NCBI GenBank assembly: GCA_001179505.1
Contig: CDMY01000469.1
Coordinates: 6,467-70,466 of the forward strand
DNA from: Vitrella brassicaformis CCMP3155
Taxonomy: Eukaryota; Protista; Chromerida
DNA: 64,000 nt
Direction: 5' to 3'
Every line of letters starts with the position of its first letter. Within the stretch, counting starts at the first letter, position 1. This document shows, piece by piece, positions 26,332-39,321 of the stretch. The notes below the pieces were generated by a model. It did no database searches. It was given only the letters and a program-made list of their open reading frames with translations, and was not told the DNA's origin. The position numbers were made by a program, and so were the translations under genes.

Positions 26332-26733
26332 CTATCGGTCAAACATCAGGGCTGCGACGACGCGCCCCAGCGCCGCACGGGCCAGCCGGGTTGTCACCGG
26401 GAAACGCTCTCTGAAAGGGTCACTCGACGAGGCAGTGGCCGGCCGCTCAGTTGTGAACACCTGAACCTTCACTGCACAAACACGACAACAAAGTGCGACA
26501 GAAATCTGTGTGTGTGCGTTCCCTTCGTGCCGACCGTCGTTGGCGTCGCCAATGTGGCAATCCCAGATGGACACCCAGGCAACGAACTCGTGGCTCGTAT
26601 CGGTCAGCACAACGCGCCGGGCCTTGCCATATCGCGGCCAGAAGTACGACACGCTCGTGCTGCACCCCTCGACCAGTGAGTGGGGGGACTGCGTGAGCAG
26701 CGTGTGCAGCCGATGGTCGTCCACATGCCTGAC

Positions 26734-26768
<35 letters not shown>

Positions 26769-27733
26769 GACGACGGAGACGACGGACACTCACACAGGCG
26801 GTGTGTGCAAAAGAAGACGCCCTCATGCCCGACCTGTTGATGTTTCTGCTGGACGAGTTGCTCTGGCGAGCGCGGGTGCGCGCGAAGGGCGCCATGATGA
26901 CGCTCTTGATGAACGACGACGCCGACGAGTACGTCGAGGCGCCGACCGAGGTCCAGTAGCCACGATCGGGCGAATAGCCGATCTCACTGCGGACCGGAGG
27001 GTCGTGCTCCTGGCGGTGCTGCTGGTAGAGGTGGTCGGGAGGGATGGGCGGGCCGATGGTGAGCTGGAAGTCCCGCTGGTTCTTGATCATGCGCATCCTC
27101 TCGCCGGCCTGGAACACCTCGAACGTCACGCCGCCGCCGAAGTGGATGTGGGGACCGACCATCCGCAGCTGGGCCAACACACGGGGGTCCGCAAGATACG
27201 CCTGACACACACACACACACACACAAAGGACATCGTGAGATGTGCCCGTTCCATGCCTTTCTGCCATGAGTCTCTCTCTCTCAGCCGCTTACCGTCTTGT
27301 TGTCATAATGGTGAAGGTCACTCCCGTCGAGCCTCACCGGCAGGTGGCAGTAGCCGCACGACGCCGCCAACTCGATCGCCTCACTCATCTCGCCCCAGCC
27401 CCCCTCCTCAAGCACAAACATGGCCACCAGCAGCTCGGCCTCGCCCATATGCTGAGCATCAAACACCAGCAGCGGCACCGCCTGTCCGTTGCGCACCCGT
27501 CGCAGGCCCCTCTGCCTGCCGAGGGAGTGGCTGAGTCGCTGCCGGAGCTGAGACGCGCCGAAGACGTCCCGGAGAGAGGTGCATGTTGCTCTCAGATGGA
27601 CGACGTCGATGACGCTGAGGAGGAAGAAGCTGCGGCGGCCGACGAAGATGTAGCACATGGGGTGCTGCTGATGCTCCTGCATGTCCTCCTCGTCCATCAT
27701 GACAGACGACAAGGCAACCTCCGGGACGGACAA
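26332..27733 (-). CDS. Lineage-specific hypothetical protein (3 exons)
   Basis: ORFs 27281-27733 and 26332-27267 joined by introns containing CA/GT repeats; globular protein-like composition; no recognised domain. Confidence 0.65.
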
Positions 27734-28028
27734 ACCAAAAACTCAAATAGAGCGCACCCGACGGCGTCGCCAAGCCGACGGCTCAATGCCTGCCTGCGAT
27801 GGCAAAGCTGAAACACGTGAACTCAAAAAGCGCGCATGCTAAGCGCGCAGATTCCGCCGGCGCAGAGGAAGGAGTGGACTCAAAGGAGTGGCTCAAGACA
27901 CCCAAGAGGTATGCCGGGAGATGTACACAACGAAATGGATACAATGATCATGATGGATTTGTCTGTCTGTGTGTGAGTGATTTTTCCATCCCTGCGCGTC
28001 GCTCTCTGTCTGTCTGCTCTCCGCTGAG

Positions 28029-28962
28029 ATGATGGACGAGCCGCCATCTCCCACTGGCACTGCCTCGTCAGCTGCCGTCACTCTCGTGACTATCGAGATG
28101 ATGCAGACGCAGATTGAGGACCAGCAGAGGCAGATTGACCAGATCAGACAGCAGCGAGACCATTATGAGGCCGAGAGGGACGGGTGGAAGCGACTGTGCG
28201 AGCAGGCTGAGGGCGAATGCAGGAATTGGAGGCGCCGCTGTGAGGAGGTACCCAGAACTAACCCAGCCAGTCAGCCAGCCAGCCAGCCATCCAACCAAGA
28301 AAGAATGTGTTCTCTTTGTCTGTGTACGTGCAGGCCGAGGCCCAACGTGACATTGCAAGGGAGCAGCTGCGAGCGGAAGTTGCTGCCGCCCAGGCCCGAT
28401 GCGATGACTGGAGGCGCCGATGCGAGCAGGTAGACGAACACACGCCGGGCAGCAACACAGCAGTGCACGTGCTGTATCGTCACTCATGCAGGCAGAGGCA
28501 CAACGCACGATTGTTCGGGGACCTGAGACGAATAGCATTACAGTGCACAGGGGCATGTCCTTTGAGGGTGGCGTCTATCACGGGCAGCTGATGGGTGGGC
28601 AGCCCCACGGCAGCGGCACGCTCTGCACACAAATCGGCCGTGTCATCTACAGCGGTGACTGGCAGCACGGCAAGCGGCACGGCCAGGGGAAGGCATACTA
28701 TGACATCGGTTATGGTCCTGTGTTGTGGTTCGATGGCGAGTGGCGGGACGGCCTGGCCCACAGCGGCACCCTCTTCCCTGACGGCGACTGGAGTGGAGTG
28801 AAGAAGGCTGACGGCAGCCCTCTGTATCCCATCACGCCCATCCAATGGCAGGCCGGACACAAGCTACCGAGCACCGACCTTGTGGGGGGATATAAACTGC
28901 ATAAGTGGCTGCAGTATCGGGGTGTGTCGGGATATTTCCCTGCTGGTGCACTGGGAGAGTGA
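28029..28962 (+). CDS. MORN copy 5 (short, intact, 3 exons)
   Basis: Exons 28029-28247, 28334-28429 and 28492-28962 join in phase 0; two coiled-coil exons, two MORN units and the conserved cap. Confidence 0.85.
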
Positions 28963-30889
28963 GTGTGTCTCTCGTGGCTGGCTGACTGGCTGTGTGGCTG
29001 TGTGTCTGGAGGTTTGTATGTAGTGTGTGTGTCATATGACACATACACACACATCCGTAGACATATGACACACACAAACGTAGTCCCTTTGTCTGGGAAT
29101 ACGTGTGCTTGCGCTGCTTCTTGCCATTTTCTCGTGTGTGGCTCTCTTTGTGCATTCACATCTCCGTCTGCGGCGCATCAAGGAGCTAGAGGCACACTTA
29201 GCACCACCTCTCAAGTGTGTGTGTGATGGTCCCCATACAGATCAGCAGCACAGGCAGCAAGCAATAGTGTCAGAACTCGGTGCACACGTCGACTCCCCGG
29301 CGATGTCTTGTCTGTGCTGACTGACCCCTTCACATATCCCGTCAGAAGTGTCAAAAGCTCGTGAGACGCGCACACACCACACCACACCACACCATCTACG
29401 CACCGGACTGCTGTCGTCAGAGAGATGATGTCGACGCGATGGTCCCACTGAATCTCTGCGCTGTTGCTCTTTGCTCTCTGCCACCCACACCACACATCAA
29501 TCAGCTCACCGTACGTAAGTGAGATGGATCAATAGCCCATGAGAGGCACCCACACCACCCACCCACGTGCAGATTGCTCGCCCTCACATCGGCGCCAACC
29601 AAAAACACCACAAGCATGTCATCACCACGACAATATCATCATCCGTTTGCTCGAGCCGTGTGCCGCGACGCTGCCGCAACGCGACGGCACGAGAGCCAGA
29701 AGGACTGCACATATGAATTCTGCACTGCATATTACGAATTTGTCGGCATCTGTGTGTCGAAAAACTCATGTATATTATATAGAAAACGGACTGACGGTTT
29801 GTGGTGTCCGTCCCCCCGGCTGGCTGGCCCGCTGGCCGACCGAGTGAGAGAGTGATCGGCAGAGCAGTAGAGTCGATGCATGGCATCACACACGTACATG
29901 TAGCAAAATGGTTGGTTGCCCAAGAGAGAAATAACCCCCCACACAAGTCACCCACCCACCCCGTCAACCCCACATGCGCATACGCAGGGAAGAAAATGAG
30001 ACAGACAGACAGAGATATATAGGCAGCACTTCATGGCCAGACGGACGGGCGCAACAGACAAGCGAACCAAGCCCCCCTCAGGTCACCCAACCAACAGACA
30101 ACCCCTCCCATTCATCGCTCCACCCCTTCGCACCAGCCGACCCGCTAATGCGGTATCCGGGCCACAAACTACGACAAAGATGCACGCAGCAATGCAGGCC
30201 AGTCAGTTGAGCTGTTCGAGAGAGTGCGGGACGCCATCACATGAGTGAGTACACTGAAGGGAAAAATGCCAGTCCATTCACCAGTCAGGCAGGCAGGCAA
30301 CTGACACCCCACCATCCCACCCCACCACCCCATACGAACGATAGATCCATCAGCCCCCCTACCGCCCCCGTCCCCCCCTGCACTACGGTCAGACAGACAG
30401 ACAGACAGGCAGACATCAGTCCCTTCGGGAATGATTGATTAAGTGAGCGAGTGAGTGCGGGAAGATAGCATCGTGTATATTAGGGCGGTTCCCACCCGCC
30501 CTGTCCTGGGCACACGGCACAACCCATGAACTCCCTCACCCCTCTCGCACGTCACACACATGAGACGCGCAACCAGCTCATCGGATGCTCACATATATAC
30601 ACACACACACACCGCTACGCACATATCCGATTGCTCCAATCGCTGTGCGACGGACGGCACGAGAGCCGCACACGCTGCATTGATTTACCACTGACCTTGC
30701 TGTTTTCCGGCACATAGCCGCTTCTGGTGGACAAAGAAGCGGCCGCAACTGACCTCACTCACTCACTCCCCCGCTCAATACATGCAATACTTAGATAAAC
30801 ACCGGTGATGGCCTACCTACCTACCGCCGTCCCCTTCCCCCCCACCCATACATACATACATACATACACTTGGACGACTGGCGGCTCGG

Positions 30890-30990
30890 ATGTCTTGTGC
30901 GTCACGCTTGCCATGTGGTGGGCCAGTCGGGCCTACGAGCATGGTAGGCCCGACTTGCCCACCACATGGCGTCAGTCACACACAAGACAT
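30890..30990. repeat. Imperfect inverted repeat (47-bp arms, 7-nt loop)
   Basis: atgtcttgtg...gccatgtggtgggccagtcgggcctac / gagcatg / gtaggcccgacttgcccaccacatggc...cacaagacat. Confidence 0.9.
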
Positions 30991-31561
30991 GCGATCCACA
31001 TGACAGACAGAGAGACAGACAGACAGATTGGGTTCCCACCCACTCTGTCCTGCACACACGTCTGGGAGCTTCGGGCTTCGAACTCATCAACCGGCTCCCT
31101 CCCCCCTCTCGCACGTCACACACACATCCAGCCGGGAGGGAGCCAACCGACATGTAAGAGACCCCTCCCGACGCACACCGCTGTCCAAAAAAGGGCGGCA
31201 AGACCAGGATATCTGTTGCTCAAGCCGTTGCTGGCGACAGACGGCACGAGACCGATGTAGAAAGGCTGCATTTGTATGCCACGTGCAAGGTGCACACAGA
31301 AGCAGCCGCAACCGACTGAGGGATCACTGATACTCACACAGCAATTAGAAAAACACTGTGGATGGCCCACCACCTACCACCGCCCCCATTGCCCCCTCAC
31401 ACAAACCCACACAAACTCTCGCGCTCGCTCCATTCTCACCCCTCTGACATGCAGACACACACAGATAGCGAGGCAGCACTCCCACCCCCCATCGCCCCTC
31501 CAAAACAATATCACACACATCACACACAGACGCTCTCTCTCGGTCGCTCCCACATCGTTCG

Positions 31562-33622
31562 TCAGATCCACGGCTCAGGGTATGGCGGTGGGTCGTCCCC
31601 CCAGTAGGGTGGCGCGCTGTTCACCCGACCCGGTAGGCCGGCCATGGCCACCATGCCCCACCCGAAGGCATGGCCACTCTCCACCTGTGGCCACGGCCGC
31701 CGTCGCCAGAGGTTGAGCCTCTGCCAGAAGGATGGAGTGCTGGGGATCACCGGGGCGGTGTCCGGCTCGGTGATGCGATAGAGCTCGCGCGCCTCGACGG
31801 CCTTCTTCTGGCGAAGGGGGTCGGTCTCGCCTTGGTCGTCCCCGGACTGGTTGCGGCAATTGGGGATGAGCAGGACGCTCTCGATCTCGTGGCGGCTGGA
31901 CGGGGAGTGAGAGGGCAACGAGACAGACAACCAGACAGATGGTTTGCTCTCTCTCGGTCTGTCTGTGGTGAGCGACTCTCTCACCATAGCAGACATCGTG
32001 GCCGGCAGCAGCTTTGGTTCGTGGCTGCGGGGTTGGCGGCTCTCTCCTGCAGCGGCCTCATGACCACCTCACTGGCACAACCTGAAATGGCACAAAACAA
32101 TGACACGTACAATGACTCACAAGCGCACGGGTGGCTTCTCATCGACCGACCTACCTCGACACATGCCCCCATGGCCGCACGGCAAGAAGACAATCTCCCT
32201 CCGCCCCTCGAAGCACACTATGCACTGACTCGAGGCATTGTCGGCGTCGCCCGACGGGTTCACCGCTTCCAAGGAAGCACCCGCACCCACACTCACATCG
32301 ACGTCACCCTCATCCGACCCGGTAAGATTAGACGGCAGGGCGCCTGGAAAGCTGGCAGACCGCGTGCGCATCCCCGGCCCCTCACCGACTGCCATTTGCT
32401 CGTCGCCGTCAGCGAGCTGGAGGCCGCTGGACGGGCGGGGCACGAGGTCCATCTGCAGCGGCTGGATCATGCTGTCGTCCTTCACCGACGACCGGCCGTA
32501 GAGGTCAAACCGCCCGCCGCGGCACGGCGCGATCGACTGGGTGTGGGTGTGGCTGTGGGTGTGGTTGCTGCATTCAGATGGGGCGGCGTGGTGTGCGGTC
32601 GGGGTGTCTGGCAGGGACTCAGTGCTCGACGAGGTGTGGGAGAGAGAAAGCGCCTCTGCAAGCATTCACACACCACACGACACATTCATGTCTGCCTGTC
32701 TGCCCACTATATTCTGCAACCCACCCGATGACACGCTCGTCGAGGCCGTGTCGGTCTGGTCGCTCTCCAGGCCCTCCAGCCTCCCAGCAACAGCTCCAGC
32801 GCTCAGTGTGGGCAGACCGATGATCGTCGGCGCGGCGACGTCCGAGCAAAGCCGCCCCGTTATCCACGTCAGCCAGTTGAGGCCGTGTGGCGCGCGGCCC
32901 TTGTCTTTGGCTGCGGGTCTGAATGAGATGACGTGCTTGAAGAGGGTTGAGTGCTCCTGCTCGAGGATGACGTGCGTGTCGGCGTTCTGCACCACTGCGA
33001 ATCAAACACACAGACACACATGAGCACAGACGTCTTGAGATGTTTGGCTTGTGTGTGGGGGGTGCCCTCGGTCACCTTTGCCGCCCTCAGGGATGATGTG
33101 TGCACCGTCTTTGCCCTCATCGCTCTCCGACGCGACCACCACATAGGGCGGGGCCGCCTCCGCCACCTCCTCCTCAGGCACCACACCCTCATTGCCCCGA
33201 CAAACTGAAGCGCACAGCAAAGCAACACCCACACACACCGACACACACGGACAGACGGCGCATGCACAACACAGCGGATGAGGTTCCTGCTTGTCTCCAC
33301 CGGATCCGTGTGTGTGTGTGTTTCGGTGTGCTCACTCACTGCAGTGCCAGAAGAAGAGAAAGACAGTGAACAGCACCGAAGATCCGGCAACCAGCCCCGC
33401 CACCAAGCCGTTGCCGGACTGCAGCTCGACAGCTCGGGCTTCTCCAGACGTCGATTTGAAGTGCCCGTGGCCCTGCTTCTGCTCCAGAAGGGCCCGATAG
33501 GCCAGCTGCAGGTTCAGTGTCGGATCTGCCTCGGCCACCAGGACAGATCCGGAGAGCAGCAGCAGCAGCATGAGCATCCAAACAAGGCTCATGGCGACGG
33601 TGCGCTGCCGCCAACACGCCAC
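31562..33622 (-). CDS. Signal peptide + transmembrane + cytoplasmic RING-HC (C3HC4) E3 ubiquitin ligase, multi-exon
   Basis: N-terminal MSLVWMLMLLLLLSGSVLVAEA and TM GLVAGLVAGSSVLFTVFLFFW; spliced RING reads CIVCFEGRREIVFLPCGHGGMCRGC...CLLCRHEIESVL. Confidence 0.8.
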
Positions 33623-33703
33623 GCGACCACAAGGGGTTTCGGGAAAAGGTTGCTTGTGTGCGAGCCTTTTGGCTTTCTAGGCTCGCATCCCTGGATTGGC
33701 AAC

Positions 33704-34539
33704 ATGAACGACGACGCCCTCTCCGACGCCCAATCGAGTGCCTTCACTGCGGTGCACACAGAGATGATACAACAGGAGATGGCCCGCCATGACCAAGCAG
33801 CAGCTCATTGACGAGATCAGCGGGCAGAGAGACGAATACAAGCGGGAGAGAGATGAGTGGAAGCAGCGGTCTCAGCAGGCCGAGGCCGAATGCAGAGACT
33901 GGAAGCGGCGGTGCGAGGAGGTATACACAACCAAGCCAAAAGGCAGAGAGAAACACATCTACGCGCTGTCTGTGCGTGTCTGTCTGTCTGCAGGCCGAGG
34001 CGAAGCTGAAGGCCTTCGAGCAGGGGCCTTCGTTGGCGAGCCTCCATTGGGAGGGCGGCATGTACCACGGCAATGTCCGCAACAAGATGCCACACGGCGA
34101 GGGCACTCTGCGCACACTCGACGGCCAGAACTCACTCTACGAGGGCCAATGGGCGGACGGCAAACGAGACGGCAAAGGCAAGCAATACGCCCCATGCCAA
34201 CTGGGAAAGGAGACCAAGATCTGTCTCGTGTATGAGGGCGATTTTGTGAACGGCAAGCGACACGGCCAGGGGAAGGCCTTCTACGAGTGGCATGGTCCTG
34301 TATTGTGGTTTGATGGCGAATGGCGAGACGGCCTGGCCTACAGCGGCACCCTCTTCCGTGACGGCGACGGGGTTGGACAGAAGAATGCTGACGGCAGCCC
34401 TCGGTGGCCCATCAAGCCCATTCGATGGCAGGCCGGACAGAAGATACCCAACACCGACCTGTGTGGGTGGGGATATGCCCTGCATCAGTGCCTGCGTGAT
34501 CAGGGTGTGTCGGGATATTTCCCTGCTGGCGCACTGTGA
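33704..34539 (+). CDS. MORN copy 6; N-terminal frame break near 33788, could restart at ATG 33789
   Basis: MNDDALSDAQSSAFTAV (homologous to the copy 7 N-terminus) is out of frame with MTKQQLIDEISGQRDEY; MORN part and cap are intact. Confidence 0.75.
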
Positions 34540-35689
34540 TAGTGAGTGTGTCTCTCGTGACCGTCTGTTTGGCTGTGTGTGTTTGTGTCTGGAGGTTTGT
34601 GTGTTGTGTGTGTCATATGTCTACGGATGTGTCTGTCTGCATCCATTGGGGGGAGGGAGAGAGGCAGTGCAGTGTCTGTTTTATTCGATGGTTTGTGGCC
34701 TTACGAGACTCGACGGCTGCGTGCGGTTGTCTGTCTGCCGATGTGTGTCTGAGTCTCTCTTTGCTGTCTGTGTGCGTGTAAGGGGCTGAAAGTAAGTTGA
34801 TCGGTCAGACAGGTTTTCACACCATGGCCCTGACGACTCTCGTGTGGGTGTGTTTGCTGCACTCTTGCCATTGATTTGAGACCGAAAGTGCATTGCCATG
34901 TCGTCAATGCAGTGTCCATATTTTGGCGTCCTCACCTTTGCCACAGCACGGCGGACACACAGAAAGGCATGCATTGTGACGCGCATGTGTAAGTGTGCGG
35001 GAAATGTGCACCGCAACCGAATCGTTGGAATGATTTCCACACACAATGCACTTGATGGATCGATGCATGTGTTGCAATGGTGTGTGGTGGTGTGTGTCTG
35101 CAGTGACATACGGCACTCACGCCTCCTTCAGTCAGTCATCAGCACATTCGTTGATGCCATTTATCCATCGGCGCCCTGGTGGCGCTGCACTCACTCACAA
35201 CAGCACCTTCACACACACACACACACACCCATCCATCCATCCATGAATCCGTCCACTTAGCCAGTCATCCGAGGAGTGAGTCACCACATCAACACGCCAC
35301 CGTCCGTCCACATCCATCAGTGCCACCGACAGGGGCGGCGCTTATGCCGCTGGTGGACACGAAGGGAAGGGGAGAGACGGTGAGGTGCATATGAACACAT
35401 TGGTAGGTAGATGTGCACACAGAGAGACAGAGAGAGAGTCCGTCCGTCTGTCTGTCAGCAATGCATCTTAGCTACATCCATCCATCCGGATCCAACCAAT
35501 CCTGTGACTAAGTAAGTATGTCATCCCGTCCACACACATCTATCGGTCGGGCAGGAAGCGGAGAGGCGGTGCATATGGCGTGTGCAGACAGAGACAGAGA
35601 CAGAGAGGGAGAGGGAGAGGGAGATGGCGAGAGAAAGGGACACATACGCACGCCCCCATCCACCTATTGGCACGCACCGTCACGTCAAC

Positions 35690-38480
35690 ACTCACCGTCA
35701 TATAAAATGTAGACAGCAATCGCATGGACGATGGCAAAGACGCTCAGGCGCTGCGTGGCTCCGTCGGTCCACATCTTGCCGCTTTTGACGGTCTCAGTGA
35801 CGGTGGTGGTGGTGGGCCTGGGGATGCACCTCAGATGGCGGTGGGTCGTGGCGGCCATCCTGCACAGCACACACATTTAAACGTGTCAGTCAGTGGACGT
35901 GCAATCAAACAGTCATGCAGTGCAGCAGAGATGGAAACTGCTGATTGATTGGTATCTATGTACCTCTTGGCTATGTGTCCGATGTAGGCCGACGCGATTT
36001 TGATCTGGTGGAACGGATGTGGGCGACCCTGCTTGGCCGCTCGAATGTCTTGTGCGTGACGCTGGCCATGTGCTGGGCCAGTCGGGCCTACGAGCATACA
36101 GACAGACAGACAGACAGCCGGTGTGTGCAAGAGAGCGGCCGGCGTCCGTGAGTTGGTCACTTATTATGTACCAGATCGCCCAGAGAGGCCTGACGGGGGC
36201 TCTTGAAGACGAACGAGTCACTCAAGTCGCACATGGCGGCCATCCTCTCGTATGCAATCTGAGCCAGGAACAAACCCAACCAAATCAACCAAACCACATG
36301 TGTGTGTGCAGTGAGTGCATATGGCCATCGGATCGGTTGTCAAGCTCTTGTCTGTCTGCTCCTTCCTTGCAAGCAAGGCAATTCCGCCCACCCATCTGCC
36401 GTCGGGGCCCATGGTGGACAAGTTGAAGTGGTGGGAGTGACTGTTGTAGTGCGGCCCCCATGGGAAATCAGCAAACACCTACACACACAGACATACAGAC
36501 AGACAGACAGACAGACACGGACACACGTAAGATGGTCGACCATGATGTGTGTGTGGCGGGGACAGATGCACAGAGGCAGGCAGCTTGCTGTGCTGTGCTG
36601 TGTGGGCTTGGCTTACCGCATCGAACTTGGCGTTCGGGGGTCGAAGCATCCCCCATATCAGCAGGTGCTTGTCGATGCGGTCGGTCGGTGACCTCCTCAA
36701 AGGGCTCCTCGCACAGCATCACCTGCCCCTCACTCATACCTGGTTGTATGTATCGTATTAGCAAAGGAGGGAGGGAGGCGAGACACACACACCCAAACAA
36801 ACAAACAAAACACACACGCACAAGAATAAGAAAGAAAGAGAAAGTTCGCCGAGTTGGTTGGTGTGGCGTCCTCCTGCCTGCCCACCGTACCGTATGCCTT
36901 GTAGAGGTTGGCCTCAGCGATGGCATAGTGGACCGGGTTGACCTCGCAGCCATAGACCTCCAGGCCCTGCCGGGCTAACGCTACCGAGTTGCCCGTTGCA
37001 CAACACATCACAACACAACAGACACACGCACACACGTAGTAGTGTGGTGGATGGGGTAAATCAAGTGCTCTGAGGGTGTGGGCGTCTCGTCTGCTATCCC
37101 TCCTTACCGGCACCGACGCACGGCTCGAAGATCAGGCCCTCCGGGTACACCTTGGCGACGGCCTGTGCGGTCAGGTTGGCGATGGCCTCCTCCGTGACGC
37201 TATACCTGAATTAATCAATCATCCATCGACAAACACCCACACCAATGCCACCCACCATACATATGAGTGTGTCGGTCAGCGCACACATGCAGCTCACTCA
37301 CTCACATGAGCTCCTTTTGGTTTGAGATGTTGCTCATGGCCGTCGGGTTGTGGAAGAGGGCTGCGTCGTCGACCACCTTGACGGTCAGGATTACCTCGAC
37401 CTTCAGGCGGTCGACGGCCCGCGACATCGGCCGCACTGGCGAGGCGGTCGTCGCTCGGTCGACCGGCGCGTCCCCAGGCGGCTGTGTGGCGGCAACCTGC
37501 ACAAGTAGTTACATACAGCCACCACGATACAAACCAATTTGTCTTCCATGTCGTCTGTGCCCCTCACCCACCTGATCCGATTCGCGCCCCTTGCCCGTCT
37601 CGTTGTGGCCGTCAGGCCCGATATGGTCGTGCTGCCTCACTGGCCTGTGCTCGCCATGATCGTCGGCCGCAACCCCCACACCCACACCCACTCCAGCGCC
37701 CCCCCCGGCCGTCCTCGCCCTCCTGTGGTGTGGGCGGGGTGTCGATGACCACCTCCAGGCACTCCACACCGGCACCCGCAGAGACGCTACGCTCGTCAGC
37801 AGACCTACTGCACACAGACACACGCACGGTGCGCTTGTTTCTCCCTCCCTCCCTCCCTCCCTCATCGTGTGTGTCTGTGGGTATTCATTGTACCTTTCTG
37901 TCGTCTGGTTGGCCCATTCGCCCTCGTACTTGGCCACCCCACCGCCCCTGCCCCCGACCCACTCACCGACGTACACACCCTCGCACCCCTGGCCGTCGCC
38001 GGCAGCCTGGAGCACAACACACGCAGCAGAGAGCCGCCGCCACCGACGCACGCCCCGGCGAGTGAGATGGTCCTCGCCGTGGCAGCTGGGGCTGGGCAGG
38101 GCAACGCATGGCTCGCTGCCGGCGGGTGTGTGTGTGTGGGGCATGCCGGCGTCTGGTGCGGGTGGGGTGCGCGGCGGGTCGGCTTTGTGGGGTGGCACCA
38201 GCAGCGTGGCATCGACCTGCAGGACGCGCTGGGTCTCCTGTGGTGGCACCAGGAAGAGAACCAGCTCGTCCATCCAGGACAGGTAGGTCGGCCTGACATA
38301 CACAACGTCACCCTCCTGCTGCGACGCGACAACAAACAGTACATAGCACGATCAACACATTCGCTCCTCAGTCGGACCGTATCAAGCGTGTGCGCATCGG
38401 CGGGGGCTTGCAGCTGCCGACGGCCCGCTATCTGTTGCCACATCCACCTGACCACACACACAGACAGACACACACGCCAT
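35690..38480 (-). CDS. TGS1-like class I SAM-dependent methyltransferase, multi-exon (both ends uncertain)
   Basis: YSVTEEAIANLTAQAVAKVYPEGLIFEPCVGAG|GNSVALARQGLEVYGCEVNPVHYAIAEANL (motifs I/II, TGS1-like YSVT..IA), FADFPWG (motif IV), IKIASAYIG. Confidence 0.62.
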
Positions 38481-39321
38481 CCGGGCAACATCTGTCTGTC
38501 ATGACTGTGCGGTGCGTCACATCAATGTGAGCATTAAGGCTGTTCTCTGTTGCACCTCAACGTATCCATGGCTGGCTGCCGCTCAAGGCCTTCCTTCGAG
38601 GACACGGACAGATGCTGCCTGGCAGCTGGAGACCTGTCTGCCGGCGTCGGTTCTTTCTCCGGCAGCCTGCAGCACAACACACACAGCAGAGAGCCGCCGT
38701 CATCGGCACGCCATCATGCCATCATAGCTCAATGCAGAGCTGCATGAGCGTCGACGGCATTACGGCAGAGGGACCTCTTTTCCCTCACTGCTGTGGGCTG
38801 CCCGTCCTCACACTCATACCTTATGGCCGCTTGCGATTCGAACTTCTCGGACGCGTCGAAACCTCTCGAGTTCGGCCGATTACGGCCGGCCCTCTTCGCA
38901 AGAATATCACAGCAAGGAAGAGAGCGGATGCAGAGAGCTCACTGAACGCTCCTCGCCACAAAAGAGGAGCCCCAAGATTTTTGAAATATTTTCTTTTTTG
39001 TTTGTCCCCCCGTCTCAGATCGCGACGCTCAATGCAACTGTTTTACGGATTTCTTTGCGAGCCCTGAGCTGTGCCGGGAATGCGCACAAGAAGCACAGAA
39101 GGGGAAGACTCCCGGAGACCTTGCAACGACGAACAATTGCGGGGAAAAGAGGTCCTGCGATGCTTCAGCGGTCATCCCGGTTGCTGGCCCCACCGGAAAC
39201 GAAAGGTAAGTAACAGGTCCCTTCCATCCCGTCCTGATTAATCAATGCCCGTTGCTGCTGTTGGTGTGTGTGTTTGCTGCCAGGCTGACTAAGTGAATCT
39301 CTTCTCCCACAATTACCCACA

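Noticed and set aside
29200-30850. Possible gene between MORN copy 5 and the RING gene (recurrent acggcacgaga and ctctcgcacgtcacacaca words)
   Set aside because: No consistent exon chain; short repeats of unclear meaning, insufficient support.
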